Shown here: positions 7,901 through 15,672 of the stretch, one piece after another
Position numbering within the stretch: position 1 is the stretch's first letter
How the letters are laid out: each line of letters begins with the position of its first letter
UHGV virus genome: UHGV-1430452
Reading direction: 5' to 3' (one strand)
Length of the DNA: 64,000 nt
DNA from: a virus
Notes under the pieces: model-generated
Databases searched by the model: none
Seen by the model: the letters and a program-made list of their open reading frames with translations, nothing else
Told to the model about the DNA's origin: nothing
Program-made: the position numbers and the translations under genes

Positions 7901-9163
7901 ACTCAGCAGCTTACTTCCATCTTCTTTCTCCACCTTCTCATCAAATTCCAAAAAATAGTTTCTCAACTCGTCTTTGAATTTTGTCTTAGAAAATGGATAC
8001 GGCACTTTTGCTTCCTCACAGTAGTTTTTATACATCTCCCATGCTGCTTTTAGCGTAGTACCATCTTCTTTCTTGAAGACACTGAATGAATCACATACGA
8101 AGTTATAAAAGTCATTAGAAGCCATAAGCATGTCCTTCGGAGCGTAAGTATCGTAATACTCTGGATCTTCTTTAAAGACTTGTAAACAATGATATGCGAT
8201 TGCTCCCAACTCAAAATCAACCTGTTTGGTCAATCTACGATATTCTCGAATCGGTATCTTGTTTCCAGTAGGACGAACGTCAATCAAACGCCTTAGTAAA
8301 CCAGACTTAGCATCAGTGATCTTAACAGGTGTGTTTGTACCCATAAATAAAAAACATTTGAATCTTGTTTCATATTGTCCTTTAAATTTTTCATTCATGG
8401 TCATTATCTCGTGTGAAATCACCGAGTTTAAGCGCGTATTATCTTCGATTTTTGATAAATCACCATCATGTTGTATCGCTACAAGAGGGTTATTCTTAAA
8501 CGGTTCCAGAGCGAAAACATTATTCGGATTACCCAAAGCTTTTGCGTCAAAAGAACAACAATATCCTTCAAATAATTTCTCGATAATATTTATGATAGTT
8601 GATTTACCAGTACCACCAGCTCCGTAAAGCACCAGGAACTTTTGAAGTATTTTTGATTCCCCAGATACAACGGAGCCGATAGCCCATTCTATTTTACGTC
8701 GTTCTTCTTCGGAATATAGAGTACCGATGAGTTTATCCCATGCAGAAATATCGCCAGGTTCGAGAGGATACGGGAGTCTCTTGCTTGCGAAATTCTCTCT
8801 GCTTAATTCTGTGTTTGAAAATATAAGTTCATCATCGAGTACAGCAAAGTTATCACGCATCTGTTTCTGACAATATTTATGGAACTTATCGATTGAGCCA
8901 CTGTCAGCATCCCACATATACTTAATTACAGGAGTACCTTCAAGACGTCCTTCATTTTCAGCGACATATCTATCAAGTTCTCTATCTACAAGACGGGTTA
9001 CATCGTCTTCATCTGTACTCCACATCTTTCGATCTTCATCCCAGATAGCGTAAAAGTCCCTACCTCGAATCATGAGATCTTTAGATTTCAACATTTTGAA
9101 CTTAGGAGAAACATCAACACTGCTTTTATTCGTCTTCGTTGATACTGTCATGAAGTCCAACAT
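4937..9163 (-). CDS. Replicase polyprotein: SF3 (D5/P4-type) helicase + prim-pol primase + 3'-5' exonuclease/family-B DNA polymerase (1408 aa)
   Basis: Walker A GAGGTGKS (nt 8600..8623). Prim-pol motifs VVIDFD (7613..7630) and GGGIHLHY (7499..7522). Exo motifs FYDCEVF, FNGRKYD, YCDNDV. PolB motifs DIASQHPHS, KIVINSIYG (5918..5944) and IKTDS (5771..5782). Confidence 0.85.
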   Translation of the reverse strand: MLDFMTVSTKTNKSSVDVSPKFKMLKSKDLMIRGRDFYAIWDEDRKMWSTDEDDVTRLVDRELDRYVAENEGRLEGTPVIKYMWDADSGSIDKFHKYCQKQMRDNFAVLDDELIFSNTELSRENFASKRLPYPLEPGDISAWDKLIGTLYSEEERRKIEWAIGSVVSGESKILQKFLVLYGAGGTGKSTIINIIEKLFEGYCCSFDAKALGNPNNVFALEPFKNNPLVAIQHDGDLSKIEDNTRLNSVISHEIMTMNEKFKGQYETRFKCFLFMGTNTPVKITDAKSGLLRRLIDVRPTGNKIPIREYRRLTKQVDFELGAIAYHCLQVFKEDPEYYDTYAPKDMLMASNDFYNFVCDSFSVFKKEDGTTLKAAWEMYKNYCEEAKVPYPFSKTKFKDELRNYFLEFDEKVEKEDGSKLLSYYDGFKTDIFEDSIGGKKKVKAEKPIGDEKTESWLIFEEQESIFDKECSDCPAQYATSKETPTKPWDEVSTTLSELDTSKLHYVKVPENHVVIDFDIKDENGNKCFEKNLEAASKWPPTYAELSKSGGGIHLHYIYNGDVSELSRIFDEDIEIKVFTGKTSLRRKLTKCVNLVIRTISSGLPLKEVKNVINFDGIKNEKYLRSVLKKHLNKEIMGNTAPSIQMIKKLLDEAYESGIGYDVSDMKNAVFALAASSSNQADECLKLVNQMAFKSEEASETSNEGDTDDLVFYDCEVFPNLFLVNYKFAGEGKTVVRLINPTPAEIENLLKFKLVDFNGRKYDRHIIYARLMGYTNEEIYKLSQRIINAPKGSRDNGMFGEAYNLGYIDVYDMSTVKQSLKKWEIELGIHHQELGLPWDQPVPEELWAKVAEYCDNDVIATEAVFNARKADFVARQIQVDLVKLLHDITNVTVNDTTNTLSKRIIFGNNKKPQNVFNYRYLAEPVSSDRYDEYRIKFGDDYDFRVFDSEGLPLYRSYVPGEKLPEGYSILPFFKGYTFEFGKSTYLGEAIGEGGRVYSEPGHYGNVWDGDIASQHPHSIIFECLFGPEYTKRFEDIVKARVAIKHKDFETAGQLLGGALKPYLNEEQAADLAQALKIVINSIYGLTSAGFVNEFRDPRNKDNIVAKRGALFMTLLKREVQKRGFTVCHIKTDSIKIPDATPDIIDFVTKFGKEYGYTFETEANFEKFCLVNDAVYVARFKDGKNAGEWTATGKQFAVPYVFKTLFSKEPIELKDMCEAFSVKSALYLDMNEKLPDVSEYEKELSKLEDKYRKGKLSDTTFESECRRLNDLIAEGHDYHFVGKVGQFCPVKPGKGGGLLMREQNGKYYAATGTTGFRWLESELMMSPGNEENIDRSYYRKLVDDALETIGQYGDAEWFISDDPYVGTPPWDASDRHEPPFRDSHLPDFMNIPEGSPEEIPFDDEDVELPWN

Positions 9164-9374
9164 TCATCTTATGGCCTCCTTTCATTTTTTTAATATATGA
9201 TTCTAATGTTTCATAGCACCAGTCATAAAAATTATGGTAAGTAAAAACAAAATCCGAGCCGCTTTTTATGCGAACTCGGACACTATCTTTACCGTTGGGG
9301 AACCAGTCTTCTACATGAATTGCAATTTCCGGAAATTGTTTGCTAAATTGTTTATATACATCTTCGTGCTTCAT
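9126..9374 (-). CDS. Hypothetical protein (82 aa)
   Basis: ORF track; overlaps the replicase start region. Confidence 0.55.
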   Translation of the reverse strand: MKHEDVYKQFSKQFPEIAIHVEDWFPNGKDSVRVRIKSGSDFVFTYHNFYDWCYETLESYIKKMKGGHKMNVGLHDSINEDE

Positions 9375-9383
9375 ATCTTACCT

Positions 9384-9938
9384 CTAAACAAAAGTATCTA
9401 AATACCATAACATTTGAATCCAGATTTCAAATTTACGTAAGTCATGATCGCAATTCTTAACTCTGAATAATCCACCGCGGCCGTCGGGTTCATATTCACG
9501 TTTGAGAAATGTGTTGATCACTTCTCTAACATACTTTTTATCAAACCTGGAATCATACATACCGCCCAAACCGAGATTTACGATCATCTTCCAGAACCAT
9601 TGTCCTGTTCTATCGCCGACACTCGGATCGTCCATAATATCTTCGCAACGAATTGCAAGAGCTATTATCATTTCTAGGATACTACATGGACGAGATAACA
9701 TATCGACGATAACTTCTCGGCTTTCAGGGCTGTATATTTCATAAGCAAACCGACTTCTCAGATTTTCTCCGTCAGTTTCTCTGTTCTCATCTTTTGGGAT
9801 GCTGTATCTGAATTCAATCTCATGTAAATATTCCAAAAGCTTTTTATATGAATTTGCTTTGGCATATCTACCACTGCATACCAGATTATACATCCACTCG
9901 AAATATTCTATCTCAATTTCAGTCCTCGTCACCGCCAA
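9384..9938 (-). CDS. Hypothetical protein (184 aa)
   Basis: ORF track; no family recognised. Confidence 0.6.
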   Translation of the reverse strand: MAVTRTEIEIEYFEWMYNLVCSGRYAKANSYKKLLEYLHEIEFRYSIPKDENRETDGENLRSRFAYEIYSPESREVIVDMLSRPCSILEMIIALAIRCEDIMDDPSVGDRTGQWFWKMIVNLGLGGMYDSRFDKKYVREVINTFLKREYEPDGRGGLFRVKNCDHDLRKFEIWIQMLWYLDTFV

Positions 9939-10512
9939 CTACCTCGCTGTAACTTCCGTAATCTCTAAGGATTTCGTAATATGACTTAAAATTAGGATTT
10001 TTGATATACACAGTATCGTCTTCATACTCTCCGAAATGGGAAGCGAAATCCTCTCCTACCATCTCGTCAATATTACCAATTATTCTGTCACGTTCATCCG
10101 CGAGCACTCCATCACCTTCATAATATGTCAGAGTGATCATCGGATAATCCTGCTCCCATGTCTCTTCTGGAGCAATTACTTCAGGTCCGCCCATGTCATC
10201 TGCTTCCTCCTTTTCTTTCTCTTTCATAGCCTGCTCGTTAATATAACCGAGCTCCTGTACTTTATCTCTGATTTCCTGAACAGTAAGTTTATCCGGATTT
10301 TCAATACCATCTTTTAAACCTTCCGTTAAAGCCTCTCCAACTTTTTTACAAGCTTTGCTCTCAGAATAGCGATCCCTAAGGAATTCATTCTCTTCGGTTT
10401 TGTCAGCAATGATCTGCTCGTACTTGGTTTTAACTAACTTCCATGTTACTACCGAACCGATTGCACCTCCAGCTAAGAATATCATTCCTTTAATTAATAA
10501 ATTCTTGTTCAT
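9919..10512 (-). CDS. N-terminally membrane-anchored acidic protein (197 aa)
   Basis: ORF track; hydrophobic segment IFLAGGAIGSVVTW followed by a Glu/Asp-rich body. Confidence 0.6.
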   Translation of the reverse strand: MNKNLLIKGMIFLAGGAIGSVVTWKLVKTKYEQIIADKTEENEFLRDRYSESKACKKVGEALTEGLKDGIENPDKLTVQEIRDKVQELGYINEQAMKEKEKEEADDMGGPEVIAPEETWEQDYPMITLTYYEGDGVLADERDRIIGNIDEMVGEDFASHFGEYEDDTVYIKNPNFKSYYEILRDYGSYSEVVGGDED

Positions 10513-10524
10513 TTGTTTCTCCTT

Positions 10525-10722
10525 TCACTCAGAGTATATAAGTTCGTACTCACCGCTATCATTTTGTTCCTCGTTTGGATCAGTCTTTACCGATAACACC
10601 GTCACTGCTAGTCCACCGAATAACAGTGAAATACTCATAAGAATCCCTCCTGCGATATGACGTCTTTTCTTTGTATTTAACGAATGGTCTATCATTGATA
10701 GAATTCTTCCGAGCTTCTCCAC
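10525..10722 (-). CDS. Small membrane protein (65 aa, GTG start)
   Basis: ORF track; TM segment IAGGILMSISLLFGGLAVTVL; GGGAGAG SD. Confidence 0.5.
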   Translation of the reverse strand: MEKLGRILSMIDHSLNTKKRRHIAGGILMSISLLFGGLAVTVLSVKTDPNEEQNDSGEYELIYSE

Positions 10723-10741
10723 TTATATCTCTCCCTTTGTT

Positions 10742-10870
10742 TTATTTAGTTGCTGTTGTAGTTTTTAAAATATGCGAATTCCCCTCAATAGGATGAGTAA
10801 GAATCATAAGTCCACTGACAAAACAAATCCCAGCAATAGTGGCAAACGTAATTGATAACTTTTCTTTCAC
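10742..10870 (-). CDS. Small membrane protein (42 aa, GTG start overlapping the upstream stop as GTGA)
   Basis: Hand translation gives (M)KEKLSITFATIAGICFVSGLMILTHP...; the start/stop overlap suggests translational coupling. Confidence 0.4.
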   Translation of the reverse strand: MKEKLSITFATIAGICFVSGLMILTHPIEGNSHILKTTTATK

Positions 10871-11118
10871 GTTAAGTCAGTCCTTTCATTCTTTTCGAAC
10901 GGATTTGGTTGCAACGCTAAAACAAAGTAGTCATCGACGATTTTAGCACCTTTTACTTTGCCGATTTCAATCATTGCTTTAACTGTTGCAGTTCCACAAT
11001 TCCATCTCACAGCTGCTTTTTCTGCTGAGATAAATAACGGCGTAAGATTCTGACTGAATAACTCTTTGTCTTCCAAACCGTTCTCCAAAATATAAATGAT
11101 TAACTCTCTACCGGTCAT
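10867..11118 (-). CDS. Hypothetical protein, possible excisionase/MerR-type HTH (83 aa)
   Basis: ORF track; the segment ISAEKAAVRWNCGTATVKAMIEIGKVKGAKI looks like a winged HTH. This is weak. Confidence 0.35.
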   Translation of the reverse strand: MTGRELIIYILENGLEDKELFSQNLTPLFISAEKAAVRWNCGTATVKAMIEIGKVKGAKIVDDYFVLALQPNPFEKNERTDLT

Positions 11119-11270
11119 AAATCTCTCTCCATTTTTGATATATACTCTTCAGGAAATATGGAATCGATAGACTTCAAGATGTCATTTAGATCATCTTCAT
11201 CCATCGGTTCACTTAGAGTACAGGCTACTGCAATTTTTAAGTTATTGAGTCTTTCTCGTAAATCGGTCAT
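11115..11270 (-). CDS. Small acidic protein (51 aa, MTDLRERLNNLKIAV...), below the ORF-track cutoff
   Basis: Hand translation; AAGGAGAATTGA SD; its stop overlaps the next ATG (ATGA). Confidence 0.5.
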   Translation of the reverse strand: MTDLRERLNNLKIAVACTLSEPMDEDDLNDILKSIDSIFPEEYISKMERDL

Positions 11271-11373
11271 TCAATTCTCCTTATACTTACCCTCAGCCTC
11301 ATGCACGAAGCCAAGGGTAGTCAAACATATCTCTGTAGGGATTCCCAGACCCGAGATTATCGAGTCCTGACAT

Positions 11374-12312
11374 TCAAATCATGTTGAGAATATCCCCATC
11401 CACATTGAAATCAAGAAGAATAGTTCTCTCATAACCGTTCACGAAGTTACGATTTGCCTCGTTGTAAGTGTTATAGATTCCGAAATCTACGAAATTATCA
11501 CCTACTGGATGTTTCTCGTCATAAATCCATCCAACAATCTGACCTGCCTGTGTACGCGGGATTCCGAGCATATCATATACTTCATTCAGGAACAGATGAC
11601 CTTTCGTTTTCAACATGTCATTTGCATAACGCTGCTGATCTTTAAGGAACATTAGATTGAATTCAGGATCTTTAGTCCATCCTGTACATCCATCATCGAA
11701 GAATTTAGCATAATCGCTGTAACTGTCGAGAGTTGCTACATTTGCTGTTTTCTTAACAGTAGTTTCTGTACCATCTTCATTTACAACAGTCTCTTCGATT
11801 TCTTTTGCTTTGATGTTGTACTTCAGTTCTTTATCAAGCTCTTCACCAAATCTCTCAATAACACGACCACGATATTCCTTGAAGCCTTTGTCAATAGTTG
11901 CATAAGCGGCTGCAAGTGCTAAGTTACGTTTACGAAGAATATGATGACCACTAAGAATAGCAGCGATAGAAACTGTTCCAAGGATTACTGCTGGAGCATA
12001 AAGTTTTGCTACCTTTACGGCTGTTTGAGTATACATGATAGTTAAATCTTTCTTACCATCTTCTTCTGTGTACTCTTTACCTTCTGGAACCATATCTGGA
12101 TTTTCCATAAATTCATGAATTTTCTCGATTTTTTCTTTTGGCTCAGCGAGCACCTCATCGAGTTTAGTAGTTGCTTTACATGCCATTACAGCAGAGCCAA
12201 CTACACCAACAATACCTGCGCCAACCAAGATTTCAGGGCTATGCTTTTTAAATTTAAAACCTACACGATGGAGGCTTCTAGTTACTGTGTTCATAATTTC
12301 TAATTTTGCCAT
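11374..12312 (-). CDS. Two-TM membrane protein, paralogue 1 of 3 (DUF6353-like; name from memory)
   Basis: It shares SPEIL.G.GI.G...SAV.A.KAT.K, a second TM, A..Y......Y..kV.e..GE and ..L...Y..LG......G...GW with 14387..15214 and 16675..17442. Confidence 0.6.
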   Translation of the reverse strand: MAKLEIMNTVTRSLHRVGFKFKKHSPEILVGAGIVGVVGSAVMACKATTKLDEVLAEPKEKIEKIHEFMENPDMVPEGKEYTEEDGKKDLTIMYTQTAVKVAKLYAPAVILGTVSIAAILSGHHILRKRNLALAAAYATIDKGFKEYRGRVIERFGEELDKELKYNIKAKEIEETVVNEDGTETTVKKTANVATLDSYSDYAKFFDDGCTGWTKDPEFNLMFLKDQQRYANDMLKTKGHLFLNEVYDMLGIPRTQAGQIVGWIYDEKHPVGDNFVDFGIYNTYNEANRNFVNGYERTILLDFNVDGDILNMI

Positions 12313-12314
12313 GA

Positions 12315-12761
12315 TTATTTACTCTCCTTTTCTAATTCTTTACAAAATTCCATTAAACTTTTACCGCGAATAAGAATATCGTTTGGTGTTAAAACAATAT
12401 CAGGTTCCTTGCTCTTATTCGGATTCTCAACATATTCAATAAGCCTATTGAGATACCACTGAGCTTTCTTTAAGTCCTCAATGCCGTTTTTCTTTTTCCA
12501 GCGACATAAATACTTCATTGCATTACCTGTACAAAATGCTTCTAATCCGTTAAGACCATCACAAAAGGCCTCGATAACGTCGATAGTTTCGAGACCTGAT
12601 TTTGACTGATAATGATCCGGATGATTCACCATATCGTTTTTGGCAACCCATTGTGTCGGAATACAAAAAGGATCATCGCTCGTTATACAGTGTTTACAAG
12701 CTTCCGATCCCATTGTACGACCACAATTGTCACAATCATATTTGCTTTTTGTTATACTCAT
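12315..12761 (-). CDS. DUF3310-family protein with extra N-terminal Cys cluster
   Basis: HPDHYQ..LETIDVIEAF...AMKYLCRWKKKNGIEDLKKAQWYLNRL matches the DUF3310 signature. There is an N-terminal CDNCG...CKHC cluster. Confidence 0.65.
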   Translation of the reverse strand: MSITKSKYDCDNCGRTMGSEACKHCITSDDPFCIPTQWVAKNDMVNHPDHYQSKSGLETIDVIEAFCDGLNGLEAFCTGNAMKYLCRWKKKNGIEDLKKAQWYLNRLIEYVENPNKSKEPDIVLTPNDILIRGKSLMEFCKELEKESK

Positions 12762-12771
12762 AGTTTTCCTT

Positions 12772-13080
12772 TCAAATATAATCTTTTACCTTCTTGCCAG
12801 TGTTATAAATCTCTCGTTCGATTCCTAGACCAAAAGGTAATCTAACACTCTCTAATTCAGACAGCATTACATAACCCCATTCCCATTCAAAAAGATGACA
12901 ATAACCGTATAATAACCAGTCACCGTCATCTTGTTTTTCACCTTCTGTAATTAACCAGGTACCTGTTCCAGTTGGATTAAAATACTTAACTACTACATCA
13001 GCTTCTTCCATCTTTCCTTCCTGAGAACCAATCGGATAATTTTCAAAAGTTTTCTCCAATTCATCGGTCATTAGTAGCAT
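12772..13080 (-). CDS. DUF2958-family protein
   Basis: YPIGSQEG..VVVKYFNPTGTGTWLITEGE...LYGYCHLFEWEWGYVMLSELE matches the DUF2958 signature. Confidence 0.6.
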   Translation of the reverse strand: MLLMTDELEKTFENYPIGSQEGKMEEADVVVKYFNPTGTGTWLITEGEKQDDGDWLLYGYCHLFEWEWGYVMLSELESVRLPFGLGIEREIYNTGKKVKDYI

Positions 13081-13112
13081 CGTAACGACACATCCTTATT
13101 GTGTATTTTTAT

Positions 13113-13721
13113 TTAGTCAATTGGCATAGCTTTTGGCAACTTAAGAACATATCCATCTTTAATTCTCACAGTCTCGGCAGTACGAATGTTTGTCCATCCG
13201 TATTTGTTACTTGTATACGGTGCTGGAAGAGCAGCCATATCATACATATCAGCTACAGTAACAAAGCCATATGTGTCTATAAGATCTACCATCTGTTCTC
13301 TTACAGCCTCACATTCACCGCGAGAATCAAACACAAGATCATCATAATCAAACCGGCCTTTTGCACGTAGACCACCATCACGTCGATCGTCTTTCTTATC
13401 GTCATAATAACTTCGGTAAGATATCTTGTTCCCAGTCTTACGCTTATTACTTCCAGAACCGCCGTAAAGAATCATGTCGGCACCATCAGTAACAATATCC
13501 AAGATTGCTTTCTTAATTGCTGGAATCAAAACATCCAAGACAATATATGATTTAACATTAGCTGCATCTTCGGAAATGAACATGCTTGCTAATTTACGTC
13601 CTTCGTTTTTCTTCGTTTTCACTTTACCATTAACAACTTTCTGCACCCTCTTTTCTTTCGTAGGCGCTTCAGTTGCTTTTTCTTCTTTGCTCTTATGAGA
13701 ATTCGGTTGATATTCTCTCAT
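13113..13721 (-). CDS. Hypothetical basic protein (202 aa)
   Basis: ORF track; Lys-rich N-terminus; no family assigned. Confidence 0.6.
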   Translation of the reverse strand: MREYQPNSHKSKEEKATEAPTKEKRVQKVVNGKVKTKKNEGRKLASMFISEDAANVKSYIVLDVLIPAIKKAILDIVTDGADMILYGGSGSNKRKTGNKISYRSYYDDKKDDRRDGGLRAKGRFDYDDLVFDSRGECEAVREQMVDLIDTYGFVTVADMYDMAALPAPYTSNKYGWTNIRTAETVRIKDGYVLKLPKAMPID

Positions 13722-13735
13722 TTTCTTATCACCTC

Positions 13736-13939
13736 TTAATTAACCATTTTGATTTCACCAGGCAATGTTATCCTCACACCTGGCAATAAATTTAATTGTT
13801 TCTTAGCCTGATAAGTTAAGTTACTCCTGGCTTTTTGTTTTGATGAAGCACTTGTTTCACCCTTCCAACGATCGATCATGCATTTATCAAACGACATTAC
13901 AGGACCTTCGTATGTGTATTTGTCATACTCTTCGTTCAT
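13736..13939 (-). CDS. Hypothetical protein (67 aa)
   Basis: ORF track; TAGGAGGTAAC SD. Confidence 0.55.
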   Translation of the reverse strand: MNEEYDKYTYEGPVMSFDKCMIDRWKGETSASSKQKARSNLTYQAKKQLNLLPGVRITLPGEIKMVN

Positions 13940-13950
13940 TGTTACCTCCT

Positions 13951-13992
13951 AGAAACAAAAAGAGAAGAGTCCCATAATTGAGACCCGTCTCT
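13951..13992 (-). terminator. Intrinsic terminator after 14012..14317
   Basis: Minus strand AGAGACGGGTC...GACTCTTCTCT then TTTTGTTTCT. Confidence 0.55.
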
Positions 13993-14011
13993 TTTTCGAA
14001 TACTTTAAATG

Positions 14012-14317
14012 TTATTTCTCGGCTGCTTCCTCGTCGATTTCTTCCTCGATAACGGATTCATCTTCAGGTTCATCAACCTCTTCAACCTCGACCCATTTCA
14101 GTCTTTTCTTGGCTTTCTTCTTTTTAGGCTGCTCGTCTTTCTTTTTGGATTTGATTTTCTTGTAAGCTGCTGCTCCTAATGCAACTGCTCCAGCAATCAA
14201 TCCTACTGTCAGACCGATAGCCTTTCCAGATCCACCTTCTTCTACTGAATAGTCTTCCGGCTCCAGGTCAATAACCTCAACCTCGTTATCCATTACTTCG
14301 TCTTTGATTTCGCTCAT
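14012..14317 (-). CDS. Single-TM protein with acidic ends and a poly-Lys segment (101 aa from the SD-supported start)
   Basis: ORF track 14012..14359. The ATG at 14317 has AAAGGAGGATC upstream. The ATG at 14359 is the ATG inside box copy 4. Confidence 0.55.
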   Translation of the reverse strand: MSEIKDEVMDNEVEVIDLEPEDYSVEEGGSGKAIGLTVGLIAGAVALGAAAYKKIKSKKKDEQPKKKKAKKRLKWVEVEEVDEPEDESVIEEEIDEEAAEK

Positions 14318-14356
14318 AGCAAGATCCTCCTTTAAAATAATTTTAAGTATTTTCTT

Positions 14357-14381
14357 CATAAAGCACTGTGTATTTTTCGCG
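14357..14381 (-). promoter_or_regulatory. Early-box copy 4
   Basis: Plus strand CATAAAGCACTGTGTATTTTTCGCG; upstream of 14012..14317. Confidence 0.5.
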
Positions 14382-14386
14382 TATGA

Positions 14387-15214
14387 TTAATAGTAGCTAT
14401 CGAAACCATATTCCGGAGGCATCAGATGATCAATAACAATACACGGTTCATTATCTTCCGTAATTTGAGCACTATATCTCACATCGATTTTGCCTTTATC
14501 GATTCTCCAACCGATGCTATTACCAACTTCGGTATGCTTAAGACCAATTTCGTCATAGAAATCATTCAGAGAAATATACATCTCGTTACCGTTGATCATT
14601 CTCTCATTAAGAGTAAGAACAGCATTTTTAATCTTGTCGATATCCGATCTGAAATATCTGTCGGAATGACTGTCATAACACAACGTGTTACCTTTACCTG
14701 TCATGATAATCTGAGTGTCTGCAACCGGATGTTCTTCAACTTGCTTCTTAGCGACTTTATCTCTGATGTTATTTTCCTTCTTCTCTCCGATAGTCTCTAC
14801 CACTTTCTCTCTGTAGTCAGACAGTGCTGTTGTAGATAACTGATATGCTGTTGCCAATGCTGCGTTACGTCTTACATGTACGGAATTAGCACCGATAAGA
14901 CAAGCGACTGACGCAATGCCAGTGATAGCTGCTGGAATATAAGGTTTCCAAGCTGCTTTTACTGTTTCGACAGGTGTGAGATTTAAAGCGTTTCTTTCGT
15001 CTTCTTCTGTGAAAATACCGCCTTCATGAGCTTCTTTCTCTTTAAACTTCTTCTCTTCCTCGATTAACTCCATAGCTTTTGGTGTTGCTTTTACTGCAAG
15101 CACAACAGTAGATATCATACCTGCGATACCAATGCCAGTAAGAATTTCCGGACTGCGTTTTTTCATTACATATTTTGCAGTGTTTAAAAATTTTGTTACA
15201 TTTGGTTTGTTCAT
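14387..15214 (-). CDS. Two-TM membrane protein, paralogue 2 of 3 (DUF6353-like)
   Basis: Alignable by eye along its length with 11374..12312 and 16675..17442. Confidence 0.6.
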   Translation of the reverse strand: MNKPNVTKFLNTAKYVMKKRSPEILTGIGIAGMISTVVLAVKATPKAMELIEEEKKFKEKEAHEGGIFTEEDERNALNLTPVETVKAAWKPYIPAAITGIASVACLIGANSVHVRRNAALATAYQLSTTALSDYREKVVETIGEKKENNIRDKVAKKQVEEHPVADTQIIMTGKGNTLCYDSHSDRYFRSDIDKIKNAVLTLNERMINGNEMYISLNDFYDEIGLKHTEVGNSIGWRIDKGKIDVRYSAQITEDNEPCIVIDHLMPPEYGFDSYY

Positions 15215-15242
15215 TTTTTATCTCCTTTCATGAACAGTTAAA

Positions 15243-15262
15243 TTGTTTTTACCAAAAATCCC
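15243..15262. repeat. 20-mer TTGTTTTTACCAAAAATCCC, copy A (just 3' of the tRNA on the minus strand)
   Basis: Identical to 63964..63983. Both continue into a short hairpin (TCCC-gagt-GGGA here). Confidence 0.7.
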
Positions 15263-15303
15263 ACTCGGGAAAATTTTGATCTTGAAAAAATAGAAATCGA
15301 AAA

Positions 15304-15375
15304 GAAACAGTGTAGGACTCGAACCCACAACCTACAGATATAAGTCTGTTGCTCTACCAATTGAGCTAACTGTTT
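15304..15375 (-). tRNA. tRNA, probably Ile(UAU), with a 6-nt anticodon loop (72 nt)
   Basis: Hand fold: acceptor AAACAGT/ACTGTTT, D arm GCTC-AATTGGTA-GAGC, anticodon stem ACAGA/TCTGT with loop CTTATA, variable loop AGGTT, T arm GTGGG-TTCGAGT-CCTAC, discriminator C. Confidence 0.7.
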
Positions 15376-15380
15376 CTTCT

Positions 15381-15407
15381 CATAATAGCGCTTGTAAATT
15401 TCGCGAA
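15381..15407 (-). promoter_or_regulatory. Early-box copy 5 (drives the tRNA)
   Basis: Plus strand CATAATAGCGCTTGTAAATTTCGCGAA. The TATTAT ends 6 nt before the mature tRNA 5' end at 15375. Confidence 0.6.
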
Positions 15408-15420
15408 TATAGATCTTCAG

Positions 15421-15452
15421 AAACAAAAAAGAAGAACCCCGAAGGATTCTCC
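15421..15452 (-). terminator. Intrinsic terminator (UUCG tetraloop) after 15452..15622
   Basis: Minus strand GGAGAATCC-TTCG-GGGTTCTTC then TTTTTTGTTT. Confidence 0.65.
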
Positions 15453-15622
15453 TAGACTTTCTTCTGAAGCTCAGAAACTGCTTTCTTCAACTCTTCAAAC
15501 TCCTTTTCTTTTTTCTGATCTGATAATGCACCTGCTATAGCCATAATACCTGTTACTACAACACCTGCATATTTTCCGACAGACTTCAGAAGCGGATTAT
15601 TGATAATACCTTTGAATTTCAT
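15452..15622 (-). CDS. Mini-protein (56 aa, MKFKGIINNPLLKSVGKYAGVVVTGIMAIAGAL + Lys/Glu tail), below the ORF-track cutoff
   Basis: Hand translation; GGAGACGAGAAAA SD; box copy 6 upstream and a UUCG-loop terminator downstream. Confidence 0.55.
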   Translation of the reverse strand: MKFKGIINNPLLKSVGKYAGVVVTGIMAIAGALSDQKKEKEFEELKKAVSELQKKV

Positions 15623-15646
15623 TTTTCTCGTCTCCTTTCTTCATTC

Positions 15647-15672
15647 CATTAAAGGAAATGTTTTTGTCGCGA
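15647..15672 (-). promoter_or_regulatory. Early-box copy 6
   Basis: Plus strand CATTAAAGGAAATGTTTTTGTCGCGA; upstream of 15452..15622. Confidence 0.55.

Noticed and set aside
15238-15426. 62-aa minus-strand ORF from the track
   Set aside because: It runs straight through the tRNA gene (15304..15375) and box copy 5, and it has no SD. It is an artefact.
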